Assembly: GCF_014280175.1 (NCBI RefSeq) | Contig: NZ_CP047931.1 | Coordinates: 960,001-992,000, forward strand | DNA: 32,000 nt | Reading direction: 5' to 3' | Source of the DNA: Synechococcus sp. A15-28 | GTDB taxonomy: Bacteria; Cyanobacteriota; Cyanobacteriia; PCC-6307; Cyanobiaceae | Part shown: positions 15,431 to 25,311 of the stretch, piece after piece | How positions within the stretch are numbered: the first letter of the stretch is position 1 | Layout of the letters: the number at the start of each line of letters is the position of its first letter | Program-made: the position numbers and the translations under genes | Notes under the pieces: model-generated | What the model saw: only the letters and a program-made list of their open reading frames with translations | What the model was told of the DNA's origin: nothing | The model's database searches: none

Positions 15431-16503
15431 GTCCGCAGTCTCAGGGTTGTCCAGCGGTTGAGGACATCCGTGATCAGGACTTCTCGAATCAACACCTGAA
15501 GCACGACGGCAAGGGGCAGGGCCAACAGCAGCCCCAACGGTCCGAAGATCACGGTGAAGAGCACCTGGGCTGCCAGGGTGAGGCCCGGCAGAAGCTTCAC
15601 CTGATGGTGCATCACCGAGGGGGTGATCACATAGCTCTCCAGGTTCTGAATCACCACATAGGCCCCGAGAACGGCGGCCGCTTTCCAGGGGGCATCCAGC
15701 AGGGCCACCGCCATGGGAAACACCGTGCTCATGGTGGGGCCAACGTTGGGAATCACGTTCAGCACTCCGGCCAGCAGGGCATTGGCCAGCACGAGCTTCA
15801 CCCCGAGAAGCGACAGGGTGATCCAGCAGAGCAGAAACACAGCCAGCGAGCTGATGCCCACACCCACCATCCAGCTGTTGAGGGCATCGCCGCAGAGGGT
15901 GAGGATCTGATTGGCCCGGCGGCGATAAAAGGAGGGCACCAGCAGGATTCCGACCTGGCGGTAAGCCTGGGGTTGAACAGCCACCATCAGGGCGGCTGCC
16001 ACAACAAACAGCAAACTCAGGCCTGCACTTCCCAGATTTCCGGCCAGTCCAAGCAGGCCGATCAGGCCGCTGCCAACCCCTGAAGCCAGCGTGGAACCGT
16101 CAGGGAGGATCGATTGGCTCTGGAGCCCCAGTTGCTCGAGGTCTGTCGTGGCATCCACCCCGTAGAGCGAATCACTCACCTGATCAAGACCACTCAGGGC
16201 AAGCTGCAGCAGCGTTCGGGCTGCCTGGGGAAGTTTTTGCAGCAGCAGGGCGAATTCATCAATGAACGGCGGCACCAGCACCGCCGCCAGCGCTGTGAGC
16301 ACCAGTCCAAGGCCACTGAGACAGACCAGCAGTGCCAAAGGGCGCCTCATCGGGTAGCGCCGTTGCAGCGCGTCCACCAGGCTGCAGAGCGCCAGTCCCA
16401 CCACGACGGCTGCAAACAACAGCAGCAACCACTGACGCAAGGTCCACAGGATGAGACCTGCAGCGATCAACGCTGCAAGGGACAGTGCCTGGGGAAAATT
16501 CAA
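15427..16503 (-). CDS. AI-2E family transporter (permease-like), second tandem paralogue
   Basis: [40 protein letters not shown]; 4-bp overlap with the neighbouring paralogue. Confidence 0.9.
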   Translation of the reverse strand: MNFPQALSLAALIAAGLILWTLRQWLLLLFAAVVVGLALCSLVDALQRRYPMRRPLALLVCLSGLGLVLTALAAVLVPPFIDEFALLLQKLPQAARTLLQLALSGLDQVSDSLYGVDATTDLEQLGLQSQSILPDGSTLASGVGSGLIGLLGLAGNLGSAGLSLLFVVAAALMVAVQPQAYRQVGILLVPSFYRRRANQILTLCGDALNSWMVGVGISSLAVFLLCWITLSLLGVKLVLANALLAGVLNVIPNVGPTMSTVFPMAVALLDAPWKAAAVLGAYVVIQNLESYVITPSVMHHQVKLLPGLTLAAQVLFTVIFGPLGLLLALPLAVVLQVLIREVLITDVLNRWTTLRLRT

Positions 16504-16883
16504 GCCTCAGCGTTGGCGTCTCCGTCAGTCTGATCAGAATTCTGGTTTTGGGTGTAGCCCAGCCCGTTCGCTTCGGCGTAGCGCTGGGCGAAACGCATGA
16601 ACCGTTCGAAGTCCTGTAGGGATTTCCATGAGTAAACGGCTTCCAGGGCACTTGCCGTGCCGTTCACGAATTTGCCGTTGACCTCTCGGGTGACCATTTC
16701 CCCTTCTTCATCCACCATCCACATTCCGGTGATGTCGCCCATCGTTTCAGGAGCGATGGCTGCGGGTTGTTCGAAGCGGAAGGTTGCTTGACCGGTGAGC
16801 CCATCACGGCTGCGGGTCAGACGGATATCGGGGACGACGGGCTCGTCGATGCCACGGAAAAATTGAATCGACGCCTTAGCCAT
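16500..16883 (-). CDS. psb28: photosystem II reaction center protein Psb28
   Basis: [35 protein letters not shown]...[28 protein letters not shown]...[10 protein letters not shown]...[16 protein letters not shown]. Confidence 0.96.
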   Translation of the reverse strand: MAKASIQFFRGIDEPVVPDIRLTRSRDGLTGQATFRFEQPAAIAPETMGDITGMWMVDEEGEMVTREVNGKFVNGTASALEAVYSWKSLQDFERFMRFAQRYAEANGLGYTQNQNSDQTDGDANAEA

Positions 16884-16909
16884 GGCCGCCCCTTTAAGGA
16901 AGCGGGATC

Positions 16910-17995
16910 CTAAACGGTTTCAGTCAGTGCCCCGGATGCGAGCAGATGATCAGCAGCCTGCTCAATGCTGAGACCACTGATATCCAGGCTCCTGCGCTGC
17001 GGTGACCGTTCCAGTTCGTGGTCGTAGCAACGGTCGTAGTAATCCAGGGTGGATCTGCAGGCTGTGGCCCAATCCCCTGCAGCAATGGCATTCAGGGCCT
17101 GAGTTGTCCGCTGGGGCCCCAGCCGTCGGCTGATGCGCCGCGTCGCCTCCGCCAGTGCATCCATGCCCTGATGGCCGTACACCCCCACCAATTGATCCAC
17201 CCGTTCGTTGAGGCTGCGTTGAATCTCCAGGACAGGAGCGTTCTGCATCTGATCGAAGAAGGCCTTTGGAATCCGGCAGCGTCCCACCTGAATGCTTTCG
17301 GCTTCCAGCCAGATGGCCTCAGCCCCGGCTTGGCGATGCTGATCAAGGCATTCCGCCAGGCGGTTTTCGTAATGCTCAGTGGAGGGTTGTGGTGGCAGCC
17401 CCAGTCCGCCGAAGCTGCTGCCCCGGTGATGGGCCAAGCCTTCAAGATCAACGACTGCAACTCCCCGTTGTTGCAGGGCCAGAAGCAGATCCGTTTTGCC
17501 GGTCCCGGTGCGGCCTCCCATCAATCGCAAGGGCCAGAGCCGTTCGAACTGCTGCTGGGCCCAGCGGCGATAGGCCTTGTATCCACCGATCAGCAGCGCT
17601 GGCGTCAAGTCGATCTGACTGGCCAGCCAGGCCATGCTGGCGGAGCGCATGCCCCCTCTCCAGCAGTACAGCCTGAGAGTGCCTTGATCGCGCAACTGTT
17701 CCAGCTTTCCAGCCAGTGCCGAAAGCTTCGGACCCGTGATGGACAGTGCGAGGTGGATGGCTGGCAGACGCCCCTGCTGCTTGTAGCTGGTGCCGACTTC
17801 GGCCCGTTCTTCATCGCTGAACAGAGGGAGGTTGATGGCACCCGGCCAATGTCCTTTTTCGAATTCCGATGGGCTGCGCACATCCACCAGCGGACCCTGC
17901 CGCCGGCGCAGCTGATCAATCGTGAGGTGCTGGGGATCTCCCATGCCTGACATAGTGGGCCAACGCCGCGCCAAAAAGGGCCGGTTGCTACTCAT
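16910..17995 (-). CDS. mnmH: tRNA 2-selenouridine(34) synthase MnmH (start uncertain; 18016, 17995 or further in)
   Basis: Rhodanese domain [55 protein letters not shown]-loop GGRTGTGKT. Confidence 0.95.
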   Translation of the reverse strand: MSSNRPFLARRWPTMSGMGDPQHLTIDQLRRRQGPLVDVRSPSEFEKGHWPGAINLPLFSDEERAEVGTSYKQQGRLPAIHLALSITGPKLSALAGKLEQLRDQGTLRLYCWRGGMRSASMAWLASQIDLTPALLIGGYKAYRRWAQQQFERLWPLRLMGGRTGTGKTDLLLALQQRGVAVVDLEGLAHHRGSSFGGLGLPPQPSTEHYENRLAECLDQHRQAGAEAIWLEAESIQVGRCRIPKAFFDQMQNAPVLEIQRSLNERVDQLVGVYGHQGMDALAEATRRISRRLGPQRTTQALNAIAAGDWATACRSTLDYYDRCYDHELERSPQRRSLDISGLSIEQAADHLLASGALTETV

Positions 17996-18728
17996 GCTCT
18001 CCGGTTCAACACCCACTTCAACGGCAACTCCTGAACAGCTGATCGACCGCCTGGCGAAGGGGTCTCCCCGTCAGCGTCGTTCACTGATCAAGTCCTTGGA
18101 ATCAAGGTCGGCCGATCTCGTCGGCCTTGGATCAGCTGCCCTCGACCAATTTGATCGCAAGGGCTCCGACTGGGCTCCCGGTTGGGTTCTCCAGGTGCTG
18201 AGACGGCACCAGCCCGACCACCTTGTCCAACTGCTGTCCTCCACCCCCGAGGGATGGTTGGATGTGGCCTCGGCCATCGGGGTGGATTACGGCCCGCTGC
18301 AGCAAGCCCTGCTTGATGAGGACTTCGAAACGGCTGATCGGACCACAAGTTCCATCCTGCGTCAGCTTGCCGGTCCTGCTGCTGAGGCCAGGGGCTACGT
18401 CTACTTCAGTGAGGTGCCAGCGATGGCCGGTCTGGATCTGGTGAGCCTTGATCGGTTGTGGACGGTGTATTCCCAAGGGCGATTCGGGTTTTCCATGCAG
18501 GCCAAGTTGCTGTCTGGATTGGATGGGCGTTATGAGCGGCTGTGGCCACGGATCGGTTGGAAGCTGGACGGCACCTGGACCCGTTATCCCAGAGCGTTCA
18601 CCTGGTCGATGGAGGCGCCTGAGGGGCACATGCCTCTGATCAACCAATTGCGGGGGGTCCGTCTCATGGATGCATTGCTCAATCATCCCGATCTCGTGAC
18701 GCATCGAAGCGCCATGGGACTGTCCTGA
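17994..18728 (+). CDS. gun4: GUN4 domain protein
   Basis: VDYGPLQQALLDEDFETADRTTSSILRQLAG... FGFSMQAKLL...GWKLDGTWTRYPRAFTWSMEAPEGHMPLINQLRGVRLMDALLNH. Confidence 0.92.
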   Translation: MLSGSTPTSTATPEQLIDRLAKGSPRQRRSLIKSLESRSADLVGLGSAALDQFDRKGSDWAPGWVLQVLRRHQPDHLVQLLSSTPEGWLDVASAIGVDYGPLQQALLDEDFETADRTTSSILRQLAGPAAEARGYVYFSEVPAMAGLDLVSLDRLWTVYSQGRFGFSMQAKLLSGLDGRYERLWPRIGWKLDGTWTRYPRAFTWSMEAPEGHMPLINQLRGVRLMDALLNHPDLVTHRSAMGLS

Positions 18729-18774
18729 TCGCTGAGAACCGGTAAGTTCAAACAAGAGCTGAAGCGGCCTGGTC

Positions 18775-19248
18775 GTGATCCTGCAGCAGGCTTCCTCCAG
18801 CACCGAAACGTTTCCCGCGGCCTCGTCCAGGCGTCAGTTTCGTTGGGCGGATTTTGTTTTGCCCTCAACCTTGCAGCTCTCTCCGTTGATGGAAGTGCTG
18901 ATTGAACCGGTGGGTTGTTTGTTGACGTCCCAGCGGGTCGAGCTCGGACTGCATGAAGCTCTGGTGAATGCCGTGCGCCACGGCAATGCGGAGGATCCCT
19001 CCAAGCGGCTGCGTGTGCGGCGGATCACGACTCCGCACTGGTTGGTCTGGCAGGTGCAGGATGAGGGCAGTGGCTTACCACCGAACGCCCGCGCCGCCTC
19101 TCTTCCGGAGCAACCAGAAGCGCTCAGTGGTCGAGGTCTCTTCCTGATCCATCAGTGCTTTGACGACGTGCGCTGGAGCCGCCGTGGCAACCGACTCCAA
19201 CTCGCCTGTCGTCGGCCGCTCAATGATGCGGACAGCCCGGGTCTCTGA
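18775..19248 (+). CDS. anti-sigma regulatory factor / RsbW-like histidine-kinase-type ATPase
   Basis: VELGLHEALVNAVRHGNAEDPSKRLRVRR...VQDEGSGLPPN...LSGRGLFLIHQCFDDVRWSRRGNRLQL. Confidence 0.9.
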   Translation: MILQQASSSTETFPAASSRRQFRWADFVLPSTLQLSPLMEVLIEPVGCLLTSQRVELGLHEALVNAVRHGNAEDPSKRLRVRRITTPHWLVWQVQDEGSGLPPNARAASLPEQPEALSGRGLFLIHQCFDDVRWSRRGNRLQLACRRPLNDADSPGL

Positions 19249-19642
19249 GTTCTCCGTTGATCCAGCCCAGGGCTTGCTCGGTGAGCGCCTTCACGTCGCC
19301 CCGTTCCCCTTCACTCAGCAGCGTCACCAGCGCAGCGCTCAGCAGCTCGGCTCCACGTCGATCCCAGCGACTTTTCAGACGATGCCAGCTGCGGTCATCA
19401 ATGCTCAACAGCGCGTGAAGGTCACGGCTGTTGCTCAGGGCCTGCTCGGGCCAGTCCGATTGGGTCGGATCCATGGGCTTCCAGCGTTGTCTGTCTAGTT
19501 TCGTGGAAGCCGACACCGGTGAATGCGAATGCAACGACAGCGCCTGCGCTGGCTCCATTCCTGCAGCCAGCTGCTGCAAGTTGGTCGTGTTCAGTCTCTT
19601 GCTGTGAAGCAGGGAAAGGGGGTGGCGGCCCGCAGGGGTCAA
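19220..19642 (-). CDS. conserved hypothetical protein (picocyanobacterial DUF6439-like, tentative)
   Basis: Coherent protein with DLHALLSIDDRSWHRLKSRWDRRGAELLSAALVTLLSEGERGDVKALTEQALGWINGELRDP. Confidence 0.6.
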   Translation of the reverse strand: MTPAGRHPLSLLHSKRLNTTNLQQLAAGMEPAQALSLHSHSPVSASTKLDRQRWKPMDPTQSDWPEQALSNSRDLHALLSIDDRSWHRLKSRWDRRGAELLSAALVTLLSEGERGDVKALTEQALGWINGELRDPGCPHH

Positions 19643-19654
19643 CGGCGGCTGCTC

Positions 19655-19792
19655 ATGGGACGCCGATTGCTTGAGCTGGAAATCGTGGGGTGGTCGATTA
19701 AACCTGCTTCAGAGGAGCGTTTCTGGCGGGGCCTCCGCTGGGGGGGAGCAGGATTCAGCCTGGCCTGGCTGTTGAACCAGTGGCTGCAGTGA
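19655..19792 (+). CDS. small conserved-looking protein, 45 aa (start MGRRLLELEIV)
   Basis: MGRRLLELEIVGWSIKPASEERFWRGLRWGGAGFSLAWLLNQWLQ, C-terminal membrane-like helix. Confidence 0.6.
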   Translation: MGRRLLELEIVGWSIKPASEERFWRGLRWGGAGFSLAWLLNQWLQ

Positions 19793-19805
19793 TCGAGCAA
19801 AAACC

Positions 19806-20129
19806 TCAGGCCGCTACTTTGGAGGAATCCTGCCCAACCACCACGAGGGAGACCAGCGTTTCGCTGGGGGATGTCTGGGCGGAAGATTGCAGTCGATCAG
19901 AAGGTTGCTGGGGTTCCTGACCGCGTAGCCAGGCGTGATGGAGAGCCCGGCGACGACGGTCCTCGGAAAGAACCAGTCGATCTGCTGCGATTTGGGGGCT
20001 TTCTCCGGGGAGAACGGCTGTGCGCAACCGAATCCCAAAACCGTTGGCTTCAACCTGGACGTGACCTTCCATCAGAACCACCTGGAAGGTCCAGCCCTGT
20101 AACCAGCGGAGTCGGAAGGGATTGGTCAT
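19806..20129 (-). CDS. conserved-looking hypothetical protein (start MTNPFRLRW)
   Basis: MTNPFRLRWLQGWTFQVVLMEGHVQVEANGFGIRLRTAVLPGESPQIAADRL... Confidence 0.6.
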   Translation of the reverse strand: MTNPFRLRWLQGWTFQVVLMEGHVQVEANGFGIRLRTAVLPGESPQIAADRLVLSEDRRRRALHHAWLRGQEPQQPSDRLQSSAQTSPSETLVSLVVVGQDSSKVAA

Positions 20130-20210
20130 CGATGTCCCTTTCGGCAACAACCATACCCTATGTCCCTGGAGCCATCGTGCAAGGGAGGGTGTCAGGGAAT
20201 GGGAATGCGT

Positions 20211-21284
20211 TCAGGCGGATGGCTGGGAGGGCTTTCTGGCGCTCCAGACCCGAGTCATGAAGTGGGTTTCAGCGGTCACGGCCTCGAAACCGGCCTGGAT
20301 CAGACGGGCATCGATGTCGTCCGCGATGTAGTCGCGGTAGTACGGCTCGTGGAAGACCCGGCGGAAATTCTCCATGGCGACGTTGAACTGCGGAGAGTCT
20401 GCGAGTTGAACGGAATCGGCCAGCACAAAGACACCACCAGGCTCCAGCACACGCCAGGCTTCGTTGATGACGTTCTGGCGTGCCTCAGCCGGCAGCTCAT
20501 GCAGGAGAAAGACGCAGGTCGCACCCTGCAGTCCGGCATTCGCGAAGGGAAGTTTCTCTCCGTTGGCGCGAATCAGTTGCACCAGAGGGGCCTGACCGTT
20601 GTTCAGCCAGCGATTCGCTTGGCGTAAGTAGGCCTCGGAGAGGTCGGCGCCGATCAGCTCCGCATGGGGCAGGGCCCCACGGATCTGTTGGAGCGTCCGT
20701 CCTGTTCCCGTGGCGATGTCGAGCACCCGAAGGGTCGAAGGGCTTCGATCGGAGAAGTGCTTCAGGCCGCGCTTCAGCGGCGAGAGCACCCGACGCCGCA
20801 TCGCATCGGCGGTTCCATTGAACAGGATCTCGACCTGGAGGTCGTACAGACCTGCGGAGTGGTCGCTGAGGTATCCATCGGTTTGGTGATGGAAATTCTG
20901 CAGGTAGTACTCAGGGAAGAGGCTGCTGTCGGTTTCTTTGGGGAGATCGCGAACGTTGCGTTCCTTGCGGCGATTCCAGGTGGAAGGCAGATCCAACCAG
21001 ACCAAGGGATAGCGGCTTGCCCAGTCCAGCCAGGGGGCATCGAACAGCTGAGATTCCGGATAGGTGCCCTGTTGCGCCTCGTCCCAATCGCGTTCCTCCA
21101 GCTGAGCCATGGAGCTGCGCAGGTCCTTCAACAGCTCCGGGGGGACGCTCTCAGTGCTGGGAACAGCTTCGGGAGCAAGCAGCTCCATCAACTTGGTGCT
21201 CAGCTCTTTGTGGGCCAGGCCAGCGATTCCCTTGCCCTGTTGCAGGGTCTTGTAGGCCAGCTTGCTGAAGGGCGTGGACGCCAT
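20211..21284 (-). CDS. class I SAM-dependent methyltransferase
   Basis: LRVLDIATGTGRTLQQIRGALPHAELIGADLSEAYLRQA, FLLHELPAEARQNVINEAWRVLEPGGVF. Confidence 0.9.
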   Translation of the reverse strand: MASTPFSKLAYKTLQQGKGIAGLAHKELSTKLMELLAPEAVPSTESVPPELLKDLRSSMAQLEERDWDEAQQGTYPESQLFDAPWLDWASRYPLVWLDLPSTWNRRKERNVRDLPKETDSSLFPEYYLQNFHHQTDGYLSDHSAGLYDLQVEILFNGTADAMRRRVLSPLKRGLKHFSDRSPSTLRVLDIATGTGRTLQQIRGALPHAELIGADLSEAYLRQANRWLNNGQAPLVQLIRANGEKLPFANAGLQGATCVFLLHELPAEARQNVINEAWRVLEPGGVFVLADSVQLADSPQFNVAMENFRRVFHEPYYRDYIADDIDARLIQAGFEAVTAETHFMTRVWSARKPSQPSA

Positions 21285-21350
21285 TCCATCGATGCACCAA
21301 GTGGCCTATTCCAGCGAATGGATGGACAAACCGCGTTGCGCTTGATCCAC

Positions 21351-21377
21351 AAAAAAACCCGCCTCCTGGGAGGCGGG
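21351..21377 (-). terminator. intrinsic terminator downstream of glnA
   Basis: Perfect 8-bp stem CCCGCCTC-ctgg-GAGGCGGG (21358-21377) followed on the minus strand by TTTTTTT. Confidence 0.85.
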
Positions 21378-21400
21378 CCGATGAACAACGATCGCGAGAT

Positions 21401-22822
21401 TCAAGCGTCGTAGTACATCGCGAACTCGTGGGGATGAGGGCGCTGGCGCAGCTGCTGGACCTCTTCGTATTTGAGATCGATCCAGTTGTCGATGAAATCG
21501 TCGCTGAATACGCCGCCGGCGGTGAGGAAGCCGCGATCGGCATTGAGCGCTTCCAGGGCGCCGTTCAGTGACGGGGGCACTGTGGCGATCTTGGCCAGCT
21601 CTTCGGCAGGCAGTTCAAACAAATCACGATCTTCACCGTCGCCGGGGTCGATCTGGTTTTTGATGCCATCCAGGCCCGCCATCACCATGGCGCTGAAGGC
21701 CAGATAAGGATTGGCCAGGGCATCACCGGAACGGAATTCGAGGCGCTTGGCCTTCGGGCTGGGGCCGGTGAGAGGGATACGAACCGCAGCGGAGCGGTTT
21801 CCTTCGGAGTAGACAAGATTGACGGGTGCTTCGAATCCGGGCACCAGGCGCTTGTAGCTGTTGGTGGTGGGGTTGGTGAAGGCCAGGAATGCCGGGGCAT
21901 GCTTCAGGATTCCACCGATGTACCAACGGGCTGTCTGGGACAGATTGGCGTAGGTGCCTTCGCCGAAGAACAGCGGCTGGCCACCTTTCCAGAGGCTCTG
22001 GTGAACGTGCATGCCGGAGCCGTTGTCGTTGAAGACCGGTTTGGGCATGAATGTGGCTGTTTTGCCGTACTTCTTCGCCACATTGCGCACGACGTATTTG
22101 TACGTCATGACGTTGTCTGCCGCTTCAATCAGTTCGGCGAATTTCATGCCGAGCTCGTGCTGTCCGGCACCGGCCACCTCGTGGTGATGCTTTTCGGTGG
22201 GGATCCCCAGCTGACCCATCAACAGGAGCATCTCCGAACGAATGTCCTGAGCGGTGTCGTTGGGAGCGACGGGGAAATAACCCTCTTTCAACTGGATTTT
22301 GTAAGCCAGGTTTCCACCCTCTTCCAGGCGCCCGGTGTTCCAGGGCGCTTCGATGGTGTCAACGCTGTAGAAAGCCCCGCCTTCGCTGGAGTTGTAGCGG
22401 ACGTCGTCGAAGAGAAAGAACTCGGGCTCGGGACCGAAGAAGGCGGTGTCCGCCAGGCCGGTGGAGCTCAGGTGGTTCAGAGCTCGTTGTGCCAGGGCAC
22501 GGGGGCAGCGGTCGTAGGCCTCACCACTGCGCGGCTCCTGAATGGAGCAGATCATGCTCAGGGTTTTGTGGCGGTAGAAGGGATCAATCCAGGCCGTGCT
22601 GGCATCGGGAACCATCGCCATGTCAGAGGCATTGATCGATTTCCAGCCGCGAATGGAGGAGCCGTCAAACGCCAGCCCTTCGGTGAAGGAGTCCTCTTCC
22701 AGCAGATCGGTGCACACCGTCAGGTGTTGCCACTTGCCATGGAGATCGGTGAATTTCAGGTCGATCAGCTCAATGCCTTCGTCCTTGATCTGTCGAAGGA
22801 CGTCCTGAGGGGTTTTGGCCAT
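21401..22822 (-). CDS. glnA: type I glutamine synthetase
   Basis: [36 protein letters not shown]..., [32 protein letters not shown]. Confidence 0.99.
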   Translation of the reverse strand: MAKTPQDVLRQIKDEGIELIDLKFTDLHGKWQHLTVCTDLLEEDSFTEGLAFDGSSIRGWKSINASDMAMVPDASTAWIDPFYRHKTLSMICSIQEPRSGEAYDRCPRALAQRALNHLSSTGLADTAFFGPEPEFFLFDDVRYNSSEGGAFYSVDTIEAPWNTGRLEEGGNLAYKIQLKEGYFPVAPNDTAQDIRSEMLLLMGQLGIPTEKHHHEVAGAGQHELGMKFAELIEAADNVMTYKYVVRNVAKKYGKTATFMPKPVFNDNGSGMHVHQSLWKGGQPLFFGEGTYANLSQTARWYIGGILKHAPAFLAFTNPTTNSYKRLVPGFEAPVNLVYSEGNRSAAVRIPLTGPSPKAKRLEFRSGDALANPYLAFSAMVMAGLDGIKNQIDPGDGEDRDLFELPAEELAKIATVPPSLNGALEALNADRGFLTAGGVFSDDFIDNWIDLKYEEVQQLRQRPHPHEFAMYYDA

Positions 22823-22853
22823 GAAGCTTGAACCGAAAAGCATTTATAGGTGG

Positions 22854-22896
22854 ACCGTAAGGAGCCGCTATGCCCTATTTTGTATCAATGCGCACA
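22854..22896 (-). promoter_or_regulatory. NtcA-activated class II promoter of glnA
   Basis: Minus strand TGTGCGCATTGATACA (22881-22896; GTG-N8-TAC), exactly 22 nt, then TACGGT (22854-22859; TAN3T). Confidence 0.85.
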
Positions 22897-22980
22897 TTTT
22901 TTAATGTGTCTGCGGTGTTGGCAGTGCTTGTTGTCACTCTCGTAACCGTTTCTGTCAACTTCCCTGAATCACAGGCCTGA
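22870..22980 (+). CDS. putative single-TM microprotein, 36 aa, divergent from glnA
   Basis: AAGGAG 6 nt upstream of ATG; MPYFVSMRTFFNVSAVLAVLVVTLVTVSVNFPESQA. Confidence 0.6.
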   Translation: MPYFVSMRTFFNVSAVLAVLVVTLVTVSVNFPESQA

Positions 22981-23042
22981 AGCGGGTTCTCAGCCTTGAA
23001 GCGGTGTTACCTTCAGCCAGGATTGTCTGGAGACTCCAGAGC

Positions 23043-23567
23043 ATGCGCGATGCCATCGGCGGATTGATTGGCCGTTATGACCAATTGGGACGGTATCTGG
23101 ACCGCTCGGCGATCGACAGCATCGAGTCGTATCTGGATGAGTCATCCCTGCGGATCCAGGCCGTTGAGCTGATCAACCGGGAAGCTGCTGAAATCGTGCG
23201 CGAGGCTAGTCAGCGGTTGTTCCGTGATGAGCCGGAACTCTTGCTGCCCGGTGGTAATGCCTACACCACACGACGTCTCGCGGCGTGTCTGCGGGATATG
23301 GACTATTTCCTGCGTTACGCCAGTTACGCCCTCGTTGCTGCTGACAGCACGATCCTGAACGAGCGTGTTCTCAATGGTCTTGACGACACTTACAAGAGCC
23401 TTGGCGTGCCCACGGGGCCCACGGTTCGCAGCATTGTTCTGCTGAGTGAAGTGATCGTGGAGCGTCTTCAAGCCACGGGAGTCGACCCAGCTCGTCTCGG
23501 AGTTGTCGTGGAACCGTTTGATTACATGGCCCGTGGTCTTGCCGAAACGAATGTGCGGCAGCGATGA
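23043..23567 (+). CDS. apcF: allophycocyanin beta-18 subunit-like (ApcF)
   Basis: MRDAIGGLIGRYDQLGRYLDRSAIDSIESYLDESSLRIQAVELINREAAEIV...LLLPGGNAYTTRRLAACLRDMDYFLRYASYALVAADSTILNERVLNGLDDTYKSLGVPTGPTVRSI. Confidence 0.88.
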   Translation: MRDAIGGLIGRYDQLGRYLDRSAIDSIESYLDESSLRIQAVELINREAAEIVREASQRLFRDEPELLLPGGNAYTTRRLAACLRDMDYFLRYASYALVAADSTILNERVLNGLDDTYKSLGVPTGPTVRSIVLLSEVIVERLQATGVDPARLGVVVEPFDYMARGLAETNVRQR

Positions 23568-23646
23568 GCAGCGTTTGCCGCGACCGTTGCAATCGGTCTG
23601 AAAGGCTTCAAAGCTGAGACGCGACTGCGTAGGCTCCACCTATTGA

Positions 23647-24846
23647 ATGACCACCCAGGCCTTGGCGGTAACGAATTCCTTGCTTCAAGTCAAAGACGCT
23701 CACCGCCAAGCGTTCAACGCCATCAACACGCCCGATCGCCTGTTGCTTGGGCCTGGCCCCTCCAATGCCCATCCGACGGTTCTTGAAGCTCTTTCGAGGA
23801 CGCCGATCGGTCATCTGGACCCTATCTACGTGGAGTTGATGGGTGAGGTTCAGGAATTACTGCGATACGCCTGGCAGACCGATAACCGACTCACCCTGCC
23901 GATGAGTGGCACCGGCAGCGCTGCCATGGAAGCCACCCTGGCCAACACCGTTGAGCCCGGTGACACGGTGCTGGTGGCCGTCAAGGGCTATTTCGGGCTG
24001 AGACTTGCCGATATGGCCGGTCGCTATCGAGCTACTGTGAAAACCATCGAGAAGCCCTGGGGTGAGTGGTTTTCCCTCGAAGAGTTGGAAGCAGCGCTGA
24101 TCGAGCACAAACCGGCGATCCTTGCTCTTGTCCACGCCGAAACCTCAACGGGCGTCTGCCAACCCATGGAGGGCGTCGGTGACCTCTGCCGCAAGCACAA
24201 CTGCCTGCTCCTGCTCGACACAGTCACCTCCCTCGGCGGAGTTCCCCTCTATATCGACGAGTGGAAGGTCGATCTGGCCTACAGCTGCAGTCAGAAGGGC
24301 TTGAGTTGCCCCCCTGGTCTCGGACCCTTCACGATGGGCCCCAGGGCCGAGGAGAAGATGACGTCCCGCAGCGGGAAGGTCCCGAACTGGTACCTGGATG
24401 TGTCCCTGCTGAACCGGTACTGGGGAAGTGACCGCGTGTACCACCACACAGCACCTGTGAACATGAACTTCGGCATGCGTGAGGCTCTGCGCCTGCTCGC
24501 CGAGGAGGGATTGGATGAGGCCTGGGCACGTCACCGCCGCAATGCTGAGCGCCTCTGGAGTGGCCTTGAGCGTCAAGGGCAGTCCATGCACGTTCCAGAG
24601 GAACGTCGGCTCCCCACCCTCACCACGGTTCGGATCCCGGACGGCGTTGACGGCAAAGCCTTCAGCCAGCACCTGCTCAACACCTTCGGCATTGAAGTGG
24701 GTGGTGGACTCGGCTCCCTGGCCGGGAAGATCTGGCGCATCGGTCTGATGGGCTACAACTCCACTCCTGAAAACGTGGATCGGCTGCTCAACCTGTTCGA
24801 GACCGAGCTTCCCCGCTTCAGCGGTTCCGCCGCCGCCGCTGCCTGA
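23647..24846 (+). CDS. pyridoxal-phosphate alanine--glyoxylate / serine--glyoxylate-type aminotransferase
   Basis: LLLGPGPSNAHPTVLEALSRTPIGHLDP, AYSCSQKGLSCPPGLGPFTM, HHTAPVNMNFGMREAL. Confidence 0.95.
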   Translation: MTTQALAVTNSLLQVKDAHRQAFNAINTPDRLLLGPGPSNAHPTVLEALSRTPIGHLDPIYVELMGEVQELLRYAWQTDNRLTLPMSGTGSAAMEATLANTVEPGDTVLVAVKGYFGLRLADMAGRYRATVKTIEKPWGEWFSLEELEAALIEHKPAILALVHAETSTGVCQPMEGVGDLCRKHNCLLLLDTVTSLGGVPLYIDEWKVDLAYSCSQKGLSCPPGLGPFTMGPRAEEKMTSRSGKVPNWYLDVSLLNRYWGSDRVYHHTAPVNMNFGMREALRLLAEEGLDEAWARHRRNAERLWSGLERQGQSMHVPEERRLPTLTTVRIPDGVDGKAFSQHLLNTFGIEVGGGLGSLAGKIWRIGLMGYNSTPENVDRLLNLFETELPRFSGSAAAAA

Positions 24847-25258
24847 ACCAGATCTCCAGCTGATCAGCAGCTCGCTCCTGCATCAGGGGACCCACCACGC
24901 GCATGTGGTGATGGGCACTGGGGTCCGTTGCCAGATCAAGGCAACCCCCCAGCCCGCCACGTTTTCTGTCGGAGGCCCCAAACACCACAGTTCCCATTCG
25001 CGCCTGAACCAGGGCTCCAGCGCACATCGGACAGGGTTCGAGGGTGACGAGAAGGGTGCAGGGATTGAAGCGCCAGTCACCTCGAATGGTGGCGGCCTGA
25101 CTCAGGGCCACCAATTCCGCATGGCCCAGGGGGTCCTGGCACCGCTCACGTCGGTTGCGCCCGTGGCCGATGCAACGCCCTTGCTCGTCGAGAATGACGG
25201 CAGCCACTGGCACTTCACCGCTGTCTCCATTGTCGGAGGCTCGCGCCAGCAACACATT
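24818..25258 (-). CDS. tadA: tRNA-specific adenosine(34) deaminase (start MNVLLARASDNGD; track opens at 25291)
   Basis: DPLGHAELVALSQAA, VTLEPCPMCAGALVQARMGTVVFGASDRKRGGLGG. Confidence 0.93.
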   Translation of the reverse strand, partial: NVLLARASDNGDSGEVPVAAVILDEQGRCIGHGRNRRERCQDPLGHAELVALSQAATIRGDWRFNPCTLLVTLEPCPMCAGALVQARMGTVVFGASDRKRGGLGGCLDLATDPSAHHHMRVVGPLMQERAADQLEIWFRQRRRRNR

Positions 25259-25311
25259 CATCCACTCGGTCCAGCGCTCTTTCTCGTTCACCCCCTCTCT
25301 CGTCCGTCACT

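Noticed and set aside
17018-17950. 310-aa plus-strand ORF antisense to mnmH
   Set aside because: The minus strand encodes a complete rhodanese/P-loop MnmH; the antisense product lacks recognisable motifs.
21899-22831. 310-aa plus-strand ORF antisense to glnA
   Set aside because: Mirror ORF of glnA; the minus strand gives a full glutamine synthetase with terminator and NtcA promoter.
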